From positions 1 to 37,897 of IMG/VR virus record IMGVR_UViG_3300035670_000628: a stretch of DNA of 37,897 nt, one strand, 5' to 3'. The first letter of the stretch is position 1; the number at the start of each line of letters is the position of its first letter. The position numbers and the translations under genes were made by a program. Shown piece after piece: positions 1-9,621 of the stretch. Under the pieces are notes generated by a model, which was given only the letters and a program-made list of their open reading frames with translations, ran no database searches and had not been told where the DNA came from. Source of the stretch: a virus. Taxonomy: Duplodnaviria > Caudoviricetes.

Positions 1-521
1 CGCACTAAAAATGGTTGGTCTGTTTCGTAGCTAGCCCAAGTAGAAGAATCAACTTGGTAAACATCTGAACTTCCAGTGTATGGACAGACAATGTTTGGTT
101 GATCTTCTTTGCTAGTCATAACAACATCAACCACAGCCATACGATCACGATTCTTCTTACTTGCAGATTCATTTAGTGTTGTATCAAAACTAGCATCAAT
201 AATTCCCAATGATCTTTCGCCTTCTTCAGTAAGGTCATCATCATCCATATCATCAAGAAGATCAATGTCATCTACTGGAACTTCAATTTCGATTGTTTGC
301 CCATCTCTGACAACATACATCTTCTCAAACTTCATATTATGGGAATCGCTATCAACTCCCATAAGTTCATCCATAGCAGCTCTTGTTAGTTCTTCAGCTG
401 TCTTTTCATCAACGATCAAACCAGCAACACCAGGCCTAGTTTTTTCTGAAACTTCTCGTGGCTGATATGCTGGGTGCTGTCCATCGTCATAAGATGTCCC
501 ATCTTTATATTTAATTTTCAT
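1..521 (-). CDS. hypothetical acidic protein, 3'-truncated at window edge (not in ORF track)
   Basis: Manual reverse-strand translation MKIKYKDGTSYDDGQHPAYQPREV...IVCPYTGSSDVYQ stays open to position 1; AGGA upstream; directly follows the 531..1391 gene. Confidence 0.8.
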   Translation of the reverse strand, partial: MKIKYKDGTSYDDGQHPAYQPREVSEKTRPGVAGLIVDEKTAEELTRAAMDELMGVDSDSHNMKFEKMYVVRDGQTIEIEVPVDDIDLLDDMDDDDLTEEGERSLGIIDASFDTTLNESASKKNRDRMAVVDVVMTSKEDQPNIVCPYTGSSDVYQVDSSTWASYETDQPFLV

Positions 522-530
522 ATTTTTTTC

Positions 531-1391
531 CTATGCTATATTTTTGTCAGTAAAGTCATAAAGATTGAAATTTATCTTTATTGGGTAATTCAATCCGCCA
601 ATAGGAATAAATGTAAATACTTCAGGCACATTCTTTTCTACCTTGATATACAATACATCTGATTCTTGCTTGACAGATACAAAATCAGTCATTGTAATTT
701 TACCCTTATGTGAAAATACAAGCAAGCCATCACCACCACGAGGAGAAAAAGACATTTTCATAATTCCAGATTTACGTGGGATTACAGTGAGCTTTATATC
801 GGAACCATACTGACCTAAAACTGTGCCTTCTATCTTTTCTCCGATAACAACAGAGGATGGAATTTTCATATAAACATCAAGAGATTTTTCTAGTTTGTAA
901 TGTAACTGCAAAACATCAAGATAATTTATTGGGTTGTTCTCTACACCTAATCTACATACAACCCTGTCATTTTGCTGAAATTCGCCCTCAATTATGCCAG
1001 ATATAGTTTCTTCTGGATCTAATTTGCAGTAAACATTCAAAGGAGCAGTAGTTTGTTTAGCTGTGAAGAAATTTTTTATTGAATATGCTCCCGCTCTATC
1101 TGGTAAAAAATGAGCATTGAAAGATTTTTTCAATGACTTCACCTTAAGATCAGAATTCATATAAAACTTTTGTGGTTTATCCGTTCCGTTTTTATAATGA
1201 ACAAAATATCTCACTCTTGTATTTTGTGTGTATTTTTTGTCGTGCAACACTCCTGACTTATTAATTGTTTCTGGATTGTTCAAGTATAACAAATAAGATG
1301 ATTGTTGAGAATTTAAAAAGAATAAAGCCGCAATCAAACATTTGATCACAGCATATAGTTTAAGAGATAACGCCATTGTTAAACCCTCCAA
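531..1391 (-). CDS. putative exported protein of unknown function
   Basis: Hydrophobic N-terminus; motifs YLNNPE, GQYG, SPRGG, GGLNYPI resemble uncharacterised bacterial secreted proteins. Confidence 0.6.
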   Translation of the reverse strand: MEGLTMALSLKLYAVIKCLIAALFFLNSQQSSYLLYLNNPETINKSGVLHDKKYTQNTRVRYFVHYKNGTDKPQKFYMNSDLKVKSLKKSFNAHFLPDRAGAYSIKNFFTAKQTTAPLNVYCKLDPEETISGIIEGEFQQNDRVVCRLGVENNPINYLDVLQLHYKLEKSLDVYMKIPSSVVIGEKIEGTVLGQYGSDIKLTVIPRKSGIMKMSFSPRGGDGLLVFSHKGKITMTDFVSVKQESDVLYIKVEKNVPEVFTFIPIGGLNYPIKINFNLYDFTDKNIA

Positions 1392-1485
1392 GGACTAACA
1401 TTAAACTAGTTTAATATTCTAGATATAAAGGGCTGAAAACTCCTAAAAAAGAAAAGTAATCATATCTCTAATTTGGATCTTATTT

Positions 1486-4020
1486 ATGTTCAATTTAAAA
1501 AAACACGTATCAGCTGCAGATTTATCAACTAAAGTATCTCCTGAAGACATTCCGGGTAGAACAGTTGAAGAAAAAGCTGCCTATATTTCTGAATATCTTG
1601 ATAGAGAAATTGGTGAAAAATTAGCCTCTGGAGAAATTGGAATCGATGCTGCTTATAAATTGTTGGCAGAAACAAAAATAACAGGCGTACCACAACAATT
1701 CGAGTTCCTTGAAAAATATAGAAGCAATATCACGACACTTATTCAATCAGCTTGTACCATCAAGGAACAATTAGAACAAACAGGTTTAGATAGAAATCAA
1801 GTTTCAGAAATTATTATCAAGAAATTATTAGAGCGTGTCAATCAAGTATTTATTCCTGAATTGATTGAGTTGAGTAGAACTGGAAAGAGAAACACACCTG
1901 AAGCTACTCAAATTCTCGGAAAATTACCAGATTATCAAGATCCTGATCAAATTTCTTCTATTAAAACTTGGATTTCAAAAGAGATTCAAAAAGAAATTAA
2001 TGAAATCATAGAAGAATATAAAGAAATTAGAAATCGTGCATTGCAAATACCTAATTTAGATGACAGCGATTTAGCTGTGATGATTTCCAATTCACCTGTA
2101 GAAGCCTTGAAAATTCTATTTCCAGATAGAAGAAAAACATCAAAAGAACCATTACCTTCTAAATTTACAGATCCTAGTGTTGTAAAAAGTGTTGAAGAAA
2201 TAAATGAAGAATTACAAAAGTTAGTCAAAAAAACTAATGTCAAAGGCGATACTGGATGGACTAAAGTTCTTGCACTCTCTGGAAAAATGGGTGAAGAAGA
2301 AATATCAAGATGGAAGAAATTAATTGATCATCCAGTTGAATTTAATTTATTTAGTATCGTCAAAAATGCTGGTTTATTAAGTGAAGTAAAGTCTGAAACT
2401 CCAGCAGTGATAAGACAAGCTGGTTTTAAAAATCCAGAACTAAGAGGTAAGTTTTATCAAATTTTCTTCCCTGAAAATGATCCTAATACCGGATTACCAT
2501 TTTTATCAGAATCAGAAATAAGATATATTGAAGAGAATTTCCCTGGCCAAAGACCGAAAGATATTCCCTTTAATATAGATAGAAGAATGGATGCTATCAA
2601 ACGTTCTCAAATAAATTTGAAGGACAAATATGCACTAGATAGACTCTATGAATTTATTCAAGAGGGCTATGATGGTCCAGGATTAGGTAAATTAATACAT
2701 ACCAGTGAATTGGCTTTAGATCAAGCAGGTTTAGCAATTCAGTTTTATTATAGGATTGTAAGCAAATACAATCTTACTGATTTTAGAAATGACTTAAGAA
2801 AAATTGGATTGTTAGATTTATATGAGGCATTGGCATCTTCAAATCATTATCCTGATCCAAACTATGATTCATTAGGACTCACTACAAGATCCACAGAAGA
2901 AGCAAAAATTATTGAAATTTTAAGAAAAGATTTTGGTATAGATGCAATTCCTTACCAAGTATTAGTACCTATTCCTACAGACTGCCCAACGAATGCAAAT
3001 AATTTTGACATTGATTTTATGGTGTATGTAGATGTTCTTGAATACATAGATCCGATTACTTTTCAACCAGTAATTAAGCCAAAAGTTATGTTTGTTGGTG
3101 AATACTTTGGTTATGATAGTGATTCACTTAAAACAATTGTTGATAGAGGTAAACCTTGGGTAGATCCTGATGGTAATGTCTACACTCCTCCAGACAAAAT
3201 AAGCAAGACAACTGGCCAAGTGATGAAAACTTTTGGTCCTATTGTTCCTGGAGCTAAAGTTAGAGAAGGGGATGTTTATAAGCTTAAAACATTATGGAAA
3301 AAGAGAACTTATTCTACATTAGCTCATCTTGTTGGTACAGAAGCATTAAGTTTTGATGAAGAAGACTTAAAAATTCCATTCAATTCAATAGCTCAAAAGT
3401 TAGATGAAAAGAGCATTATTTACACATATTCTGGCTGCAGTACATCAAATAATTTCTGTAAAGCCAAAAAGATGATTGAAAATAGTGTAGATTTTGAATT
3501 ACAAGCAAATCTTGATAATCCAGAATATAGCAAAATGATTGTCAATGATGAAAAAAGAAAATGTATTCGTGCAATTGATTCTGCAATTTTACATTACAAA
3601 TTACAAAATGCTCTAAAACAAGCTAGACAAGAATTTATTGGTAAAGCTGGGTTTGACAGACAAACTATAAAAGAGCATCACGACTATGTTGAAAGCATCA
3701 AGAGCAATATAGATAATGCTTCAAGAATAATCTTGAGTCCTAATGCATCACAAGAACAAAAGATGTCAGCTCAAAGAATGATAGAAGCCAACCAAAGAGA
3801 CTTGATTACTTTGGAAAATTCACCTTTAAGAACATTCAAAACAAGAATTGATGAAATTTTAGCTGAAAAACAACACGCTGAAAAATTACAACAATTTGAA
3901 GAACTCAAGAATGCAATTGAAAGTGAAAGAATTTCTAGCGACTTGAGTGAATTGAGAATATTACTAACAGAAATAGATGAAGGTATTTTTGGATTCGTTC
4001 CAGACCCAGAAAAATTATAA
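1486..4020 (+). CDS. large hypothetical protein, possible PD-(D/E)XK-like central domain; putative virion protein
   Basis: 844 aa ORF; FDIDFMVY...VGEYFG...YKLKTLWKK segment; coiled-coil-like C-terminus; MFNLKK N-terminus. Confidence 0.55.
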   Translation: MFNLKKHVSAADLSTKVSPEDIPGRTVEEKAAYISEYLDREIGEKLASGEIGIDAAYKLLAETKITGVPQQFEFLEKYRSNITTLIQSACTIKEQLEQTGLDRNQVSEIIIKKLLERVNQVFIPELIELSRTGKRNTPEATQILGKLPDYQDPDQISSIKTWISKEIQKEINEIIEEYKEIRNRALQIPNLDDSDLAVMISNSPVEALKILFPDRRKTSKEPLPSKFTDPSVVKSVEEINEELQKLVKKTNVKGDTGWTKVLALSGKMGEEEISRWKKLIDHPVEFNLFSIVKNAGLLSEVKSETPAVIRQAGFKNPELRGKFYQIFFPENDPNTGLPFLSESEIRYIEENFPGQRPKDIPFNIDRRMDAIKRSQINLKDKYALDRLYEFIQEGYDGPGLGKLIHTSELALDQAGLAIQFYYRIVSKYNLTDFRNDLRKIGLLDLYEALASSNHYPDPNYDSLGLTTRSTEEAKIIEILRKDFGIDAIPYQVLVPIPTDCPTNANNFDIDFMVYVDVLEYIDPITFQPVIKPKVMFVGEYFGYDSDSLKTIVDRGKPWVDPDGNVYTPPDKISKTTGQVMKTFGPIVPGAKVREGDVYKLKTLWKKRTYSTLAHLVGTEALSFDEEDLKIPFNSIAQKLDEKSIIYTYSGCSTSNNFCKAKKMIENSVDFELQANLDNPEYSKMIVNDEKRKCIRAIDSAILHYKLQNALKQARQEFIGKAGFDRQTIKEHHDYVESIKSNIDNASRIILSPNASQEQKMSAQRMIEANQRDLITLENSPLRTFKTRIDEILAEKQHAEKLQQFEELKNAIESERISSDLSELRILLTEIDEGIFGFVPDPEKL

Positions 4021-4021
4021 T

Positions 4022-4894
4022 ATGGCAATATATACATCTGATCATATAGGTAAGTGGTATTGGCTTAAATATGGAAACAATATTATTCTGGCTGAAGAAT
4101 TCACAACTGAACTTTCCAGAGCAGTTTCGAATAAGCAACTAATACAAGGAGACGCTGGAGTTCACGTAATGTCAGTTAATGGCAAAACTATGACCAGTAC
4201 TTTAAGTTCAGATGTATTAATAGAAATTCCTCAAGCAAAATACGCTATTGACAATTCTGTACCAAAAGTTGTCATTCCACCTTATAATCCAGGGTACAAA
4301 GATGTTTTGGATTTATTGATAGATGATTTCGCACTTATTAGAGCAAATTTATACAATCCAGATTATTGGTACATGCTACCCAAAAATTTGCTTACTTCAG
4401 CATCTTTGCAAATAGGAAATACTGTAAGATGTTCATTGAATTACAATGCATATTATGATCAATTATTCGAGCATATTCAATTTGCTGATGCTTTTCCTGA
4501 TAATTATGATTTTTTAGCTAGAGTGGCTAAAAATTATGATTGTAGATTTTATGCTACTAATGAAAATGACCAAATATTGAAAGTTTTATCAGGATCAATC
4601 AATATATCTGTAAATTATTCGAAAATGTATCTTGCAGGTACAGAATCTGAATATCCTATTTATTCACCACAAGGTTATGAAGTTGCTGGCACAATAACAG
4701 TTCCTGCTAGAAGTTGGAATTTACTAAGAGATCTTTATAATTCTAAAGTGGTTACATATTCCAATTTTTCATTGCTTGTAGGTACAAGATACTTAAGATT
4801 GGGTCAAGCGGTCATTGAAGATAAAATAAATTTATCCATGGGCGATAATTTGATGACTGCAGAAATATCTTTCAAAGGATACGGAAGATTGTAA
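4022..4894 (+). CDS. putative structural protein, tail-tube-like (paralog A)
   Basis: ATG at 4022 right after the previous stop; beta-rich pattern; aligns by eye with next ORF (LIQGD/FIQGD, GYEVAG/GYSISG). Confidence 0.5.
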   Translation: MAIYTSDHIGKWYWLKYGNNIILAEEFTTELSRAVSNKQLIQGDAGVHVMSVNGKTMTSTLSSDVLIEIPQAKYAIDNSVPKVVIPPYNPGYKDVLDLLIDDFALIRANLYNPDYWYMLPKNLLTSASLQIGNTVRCSLNYNAYYDQLFEHIQFADAFPDNYDFLARVAKNYDCRFYATNENDQILKVLSGSINISVNYSKMYLAGTESEYPIYSPQGYEVAGTITVPARSWNLLRDLYNSKVVTYSNFSLLVGTRYLRLGQAVIEDKINLSMGDNLMTAEISFKGYGRL

Positions 4895-5832
4895 TGCCTA
4901 TTTTGTCAGCAGAATTATTAGCAAATTACTATGCTATTACACTTAATAATAAAACATACATACTTGACTCTTGGAATGAAAATTTACAACAAGATGTGCA
5001 AGATAAATCTTTTATTCAAGGTGATATTGCTAACAGAATTATAGATGTAAATAATCCATCACACCAAGTAACTATGTCAGGTCCTATTTTGTTATTAAAA
5101 GATCTTGATGCTGAATTGAAAGTAGTAGACAATGCTTATATCAATGTAGCAGATGCAAATAAGAATCTTCCACCTTATGGCATTTATGATATTTTTGATT
5201 TAATTATTGAAAACTTAAATATTGTTTCAAGACCAATTACTGAACAAACTGATCTGCCATTTTTTATAGATAGCGGATCAATTTCACTTAATTTTTCTGA
5301 TGTAATGTCTACAGTGACATTAACAAGCATTTATCCACAAGGTTTTGAAAGAACACAAAGTTTAGGATTTACAAAATCAACAGCTGAAAAGAATTTTGAA
5401 GAAGCAAGAATACTAGGAAGAACAGTCAAATTTTGGGATTTTAGATTTAGGATATTTGGTGATTTCTATGCAGTGACTCAAGCAAATATCAATATTAGAG
5501 TGGTGAGTGATAAAAAAACAAATATTGGAAATAATTATTATAATGGTAATTCAAATCCCGATTTTGTTATAACAGGTTATTCAATTTCAGGAGATGCTAT
5601 TATTTCCATACCTCCATCTCAATTTGAGAATTTTAGATTATATCAAGCGCCAGGCAGTTTCAATGTATTTCAAAACTCTATAGGCATGGGGTTGATTGAC
5701 AGTTATAGAGGCCATAGATTTATCGATTTTGGTAATTATTTAATTTTACCAAGAATTGAAATGGATATGAAGTCTAATCAAATGACTACTGCAAGAATTA
5801 GTTTCAATACATTTGTCAGAAGATCTTATTAG
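4894..5832 (+). CDS. putative structural protein, tail-tube-like (paralog B)
   Basis: TAATG coupling to paralog A; shared motifs along the full length. Confidence 0.5.
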   Translation: MPILSAELLANYYAITLNNKTYILDSWNENLQQDVQDKSFIQGDIANRIIDVNNPSHQVTMSGPILLLKDLDAELKVVDNAYINVADANKNLPPYGIYDIFDLIIENLNIVSRPITEQTDLPFFIDSGSISLNFSDVMSTVTLTSIYPQGFERTQSLGFTKSTAEKNFEEARILGRTVKFWDFRFRIFGDFYAVTQANINIRVVSDKKTNIGNNYYNGNSNPDFVITGYSISGDAIISIPPSQFENFRLYQAPGSFNVFQNSIGMGLIDSYRGHRFIDFGNYLILPRIEMDMKSNQMTTARISFNTFVRRSY

Positions 5833-6394
5833 CAACCTGTACAAATTTTGTATGCAAGATTTTTTAAAGTTTCATCTTTCTTGTGAAGATGAAAAGAAAT
5901 ATGAAGAATTACCAGATAATACATTGATATTATCATTCACTATTCCAGGCAGACCATCAACTAAAAAAACTTCTCAAAGAGTGGTTAGAAGGGGGAAATA
6001 CACCAAAATTTTGCCTTCAGCTCTTTATGAGAGATATGAATTGCATTGTAAAGAATATTGTGAATATTTTTGGCAAAGATTTAAATTGCAGCCTATTGAT
6101 TTTGGTATTGGAATCAAATTAAAAGTTTATTTAGACTCTTGGATAGTTGGTGATGAATGTGGTTATCAGCAAGCTCACGGAGACATCATCCAAAAGCACG
6201 GAATTATTGCTGATGATATGTGGATTCATTGGATGGACAGAGATTCACATATGATTAATTACGATAAAGAAAACCCTAGAGTGGAAGTTGAAATTTATCG
6301 ATACCGACATCCAAAAGAGCAATTTAGAAATGAAAAGTTAGAAAAGGAAGCAATAAAGGAAGCAAAGAAAAAAAATAAAACAATCAAGGAATAG
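5813..6394 (+). CDS. RusA-like Holliday junction resolvase
   Basis: FTIPGRPSTKK N-terminal strand, GD...GDIIQKHGIIADD acidic core, YDKENPRVEVEI C-terminal motif. Confidence 0.7.
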   Translation: MSEDLISNLYKFCMQDFLKFHLSCEDEKKYEELPDNTLILSFTIPGRPSTKKTSQRVVRRGKYTKILPSALYERYELHCKEYCEYFWQRFKLQPIDFGIGIKLKVYLDSWIVGDECGYQQAHGDIIQKHGIIADDMWIHWMDRDSHMINYDKENPRVEVEIYRYRHPKEQFRNEKLEKEAIKEAKKKNKTIKE

Positions 6395-6397
6395 TGT

Positions 6398-6679
6398 ATG
6401 AGCAATATTATAATTGTGGATTTCAGAGACAACGAAGACTTTGAAAATCATCCATATATATCATATTTGAAGCAAACTTTGAATATGATTTCTTATCTTG
6501 AAGAAGCTGCCGAATTGTGGAAATTAAATGATTTCTTTGTTGAATGTGTTTCCGATTATTTGCAGATAAAAAGAGAAAGAGTTTTCTTTACTAAATTATG
6601 GGATATTCCGATTGACTTATCATCAAACAGGGTAGGGCTTATTACAAGTCAATCTTTCTTTCCAATTATCAAGACATAA
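6398..6679 (+). CDS. hypothetical protein
   Basis: 93 aa ORF, AAGGA upstream, ends at terminator. Confidence 0.7.
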   Translation: MSNIIIVDFRDNEDFENHPYISYLKQTLNMISYLEEAAELWKLNDFFVECVSDYLQIKRERVFFTKLWDIPIDLSSNRVGLITSQSFFPIIKT

Positions 6680-6710
6680 AAAAAAGCAGGCTGTAAAGCC
6701 TGCTTTTTTT
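6678..6710. terminator. bidirectional intrinsic terminator
   Basis: A-run, GCAGGCT-GTAA-AGCCTGC, T-run between convergent genes. Confidence 0.85.
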
Positions 6711-6723
6711 ATTATAACAATGA

Positions 6724-7053
6724 TTACGAATTAGCTACGATGAAATGAGGCTCAGTATCAGTGATTGTAAATTCACCAGAAACTCCGAGAGGCTCAACAA
6801 TTTCCTTCATTCGCTCTTGAAGTGCTGTGGTATTCTCGGTAAGAGCTTCGTTGATAGCATTCAATTGTTGTTGAGCTTGCTGAAGTTGCGCTGCATACTG
6901 CTGAGCAACATTGACAAACTCGAGAACATCTGACTTTTGTGCTTTAAGTTCAAGCAATGACTGGCGCATAGAAACTAACTCAAGATATTCTTCATGAGAA
7001 ATTGCTGGTTGCTCTTCGCTAACAACTGCTGAAACGTCTGTAGACTCGTCCAT
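6724..7053 (-). CDS. hypothetical coiled-coil protein
   Basis: 109 aa, Q/E-rich heptads, AAGGA upstream. Confidence 0.7.
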   Translation of the reverse strand: MDESTDVSAVVSEEQPAISHEEYLELVSMRQSLLELKAQKSDVLEFVNVAQQYAAQLQQAQQQLNAINEALTENTTALQERMKEIVEPLGVSGEFTITDTEPHFIVANS

Positions 7054-7178
7054 TTGATATATATCCTTCTGATCCCTTGATCTTTATTATGATACCCGAT
7101 AAATTGAGTTTGTCAACTCTTGATATCTGAAAGTTGACAAGGTATCATCTTTGTATCTTTATACAAAAAAGGCAAAAA

Positions 7179-7868
7179 ATGAAAACAATTTTTTTAAGCC
7201 CATCAGATTTAGCATTCTTGTTTGATGATAGTCCTTGGGGATTTTATCAGAAGTACAATTTGGGCATAAAACGTCCTCCAGTTATTATTCCTCGTATCTT
7301 TACTGTTATTGATGTTTTGACAAAAGTTTGCTGTGAAGATAAGACTATGAAAGAATTTGATCCTTCTTTTCCTGATGCAGTATTGACTGGAGCAGATCAA
7401 TGGGTGAAGAGTAAACCTATAATAAATCCAGATTATCCCGATATTGAAATTATTCTTCGTGGAAAAATTGATGGTGTTTTGAAATTTGCCGATGGAACTC
7501 ATTCTGTAATTGATTTTAAAACTTGTGAGATTCAAGAAAAAACATTGCAGAAATATGTTCGTCAATTATCTTGCTATAGTTATGCTATGGCAAATCCAAA
7601 TTCTGCATCAGATTATTCAGTAAAAATAAATGACAAAATTGGCTTATTTGTTTATGAGCCAAATAAATTCACTATTGCTGAAGATGGTTCTGCTAATCTT
7701 GGTGGAAAGCTAAAGTATATTGAATACAATCTTGATTTAGATGAATTTGCAGAGTTCATCAAAAAAGAAGTAATTCCTCTTATTGGTGGAAAAGAACCAC
7801 CTCCTACTGACGACGATCCTTGCTGGGTATATCTGAAGCAATTCGGATTTGAATACGAGGAAGAATAA
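7179..7868 (+). CDS. PD-(D/E)XK nuclease, Cas4/RecB-like exonuclease
   Basis: LSPSDL start, RGKIDG, VIDFKT and YVRQLSCY motifs; ATG at 7179 preferred over TTG at 7134. Confidence 0.8.
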   Translation: MKTIFLSPSDLAFLFDDSPWGFYQKYNLGIKRPPVIIPRIFTVIDVLTKVCCEDKTMKEFDPSFPDAVLTGADQWVKSKPIINPDYPDIEIILRGKIDGVLKFADGTHSVIDFKTCEIQEKTLQKYVRQLSCYSYAMANPNSASDYSVKINDKIGLFVYEPNKFTIAEDGSANLGGKLKYIEYNLDLDEFAEFIKKEVIPLIGGKEPPPTDDDPCWVYLKQFGFEYEEE

Positions 7869-7875
7869 AATCTGT

Positions 7876-7917
7876 ATCAGAATACTAAACAATATCAAGT
7901 TTAGTATTCTGATTTTT
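7876..7917 (+). terminator. intrinsic terminator
   Basis: 15-bp inverted repeat ATCAGAATACTAAAC/GTTTAGTATTCTGAT plus T tract. Confidence 0.7.
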
Positions 7918-7921
7918 AACT

Positions 7922-9403
7922 ATGGAAAAAAACTCATCAATATACAACAACAAGCGCTTTGCTCAGAGAACAGAAAATTATTCTGATTACGAGAGAAGTA
8001 CAAACATTCCAGAGCCTTCTGCAAGAGCATCAAACTGGGGTACTTTTGAAAATTTGGGCGCTCTGAAGATGTTTGGCAATTATGGACATAAAAGTTTTTA
8101 TTACCCTGATTCCATTTCAAATGCAAAAGCATTTTTAAACAATTCTATATTTAAAAATAAAAGCTATATAAAAGAATTTATTTCTTACATGAAAATGCTT
8201 AATGATGGCAATGATGCCAATGAAGATAGTCCAAAGAAAAATTGGCTAAGTGCAAACAGACAGCCCATTGATCAATATAATGAATTTACAAACTGGTCAC
8301 AATCAGAAAGACAAAAGTATAGCCAAAGATTCAACACAATGCTGGGTACGAAAAGAGGTGCAATACTTCAAAAAGCCTTAGTTGCACTTAAAAATGCAGA
8401 AATTGCTGCTGCAAAAGAATCTTTTCCAAATGATCCTCGTGTCAAAGCTGCAGAATATATGTCAGACGCTCAAGCTGTAGAAAAACCACAAGAATCATCT
8501 AAACCATCAACCAAGCCTTCAGATGTAAGTAAGCCTTCTGACACTGAACAAAAGCCACAAAAAACTTACGAAAAATTTAATTATTCTTATATTCCATTCA
8601 TAAAGAAAATCAGCACAGCTAATGATTTATTGTTTTTTGCTGCAATGCAAGCATTGGGCATTAAAATAGGCGATTATAAAAAAGAAAATGAATCATCTTA
8701 TTACACAACAGATAATCACAATAAAATTCAAGCTGAAGTAAATAAAATTGCAGATAGCGAATATTTAAATTCACTCAATCCGAAGCTTAAAGGACTCAAA
8801 AAAGCTGCATTAGATAAATTGTTTGATAAAGTTGGTGGATTGGATGTCAAACCACCTACAGGAGTAGCAGATACACCGTCTGAATCAAATGGTCCACTTA
8901 CAACAACTCACGATGAGCAAGGTCAAACACATTTTGAATCTCCTACAAGAACTGAACGAGGTGACAAAGTACGTGAATTGTTTGATGCTGCTTATCAAAT
9001 AGAAAGAGAAGATCCATCTCAACATAAAAGTTTATGGAAAAATTTAAGACTCCAAATTCTTGCTTTGATGAGAAGTAATGAATTAGATCCAAAAGAAAGA
9101 ATTGAATTTGAAGATAAACTCAAAGACTTAGATCTTAAATACAATTTGGCTTTTCATCCTGAAGGTGGTCAACAATTGTCATCTGGCGCATTTGTTGTTA
9201 ATACTCCTGAAGCATTAGCTAGAATATTGAGAGCTGCATTAGAAGTTGATGATGTGACAGCAGCAAACGATGCAGTAGACAAATTGAAAATTATATTTGA
9301 AGAAAATCCTAGATATAGAGATTATCAAGATTTAAGAAGACAATTAGCCATTGAAATCAATCAGTACAATTTTGGAAAAGATGAAACTGTAAAGAAACTG
9401 TAA
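7922..9403 (+). CDS. hypothetical protein, possible virion protein
   Basis: 493 aa; early KRFAQ motif; low-complexity KPS linker. Confidence 0.65.
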   Translation: MEKNSSIYNNKRFAQRTENYSDYERSTNIPEPSARASNWGTFENLGALKMFGNYGHKSFYYPDSISNAKAFLNNSIFKNKSYIKEFISYMKMLNDGNDANEDSPKKNWLSANRQPIDQYNEFTNWSQSERQKYSQRFNTMLGTKRGAILQKALVALKNAEIAAAKESFPNDPRVKAAEYMSDAQAVEKPQESSKPSTKPSDVSKPSDTEQKPQKTYEKFNYSYIPFIKKISTANDLLFFAAMQALGIKIGDYKKENESSYYTTDNHNKIQAEVNKIADSEYLNSLNPKLKGLKKAALDKLFDKVGGLDVKPPTGVADTPSESNGPLTTTHDEQGQTHFESPTRTERGDKVRELFDAAYQIEREDPSQHKSLWKNLRLQILALMRSNELDPKERIEFEDKLKDLDLKYNLAFHPEGGQQLSSGAFVVNTPEALARILRAALEVDDVTAANDAVDKLKIIFEENPRYRDYQDLRRQLAIEINQYNFGKDETVKKL

Positions 9404-9594
9404 TGCCAAAACCAGTACACGATTTAGTTGATACACTTTTAGATGATCCTGATTTTTATCCTGAAAAATCTAAGGAAGACAGGGAATCAACTGCCTGGGC
9501 AATAGCATATTCAAAATACAATAAAAATAAGAAAAGAAAAAAGAAATCTTTCAATCTTAAAGAATATCGTACAGCACAAAAACCAGATCAATAG
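9403..9594 (+). CDS. small ChaB-like basic protein
   Basis: RESTAWAIAYSKY resembles the ChaB A-W-A helix; basic tail ending FNLKEYRTAQKPDQ. Confidence 0.45.
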   Translation: MPKPVHDLVDTLLDDPDFYPEKSKEDRESTAWAIAYSKYNKNKKRKKKSFNLKEYRTAQKPDQ

Positions 9595-9606
9595 ATCTGG
9601 TTTTTT
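9578..9606 (+). terminator. intrinsic terminator
   Basis: AAAAACCAGATC-AATA-GATCTGGTTTTT. Confidence 0.75.
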
Positions 9607-9621
9607 ATTTATAATACTTTT

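Noticed and set aside
109-662. Plus-strand ORFs 109..465 and 474..662
   Set aside because: Antisense shadows of the minus-strand genes at 1..521 and 531..1391
7179-7868. Cas4-like gene as part of a CRISPR-Cas system
   Set aside because: No repeat-spacer array or other cas genes seen; solo Cas4-like nucleases are common in phages
8480-8565. KPS/KPQ repeats as a DNA repeat element
   Set aside because: Short degenerate in-frame linker only
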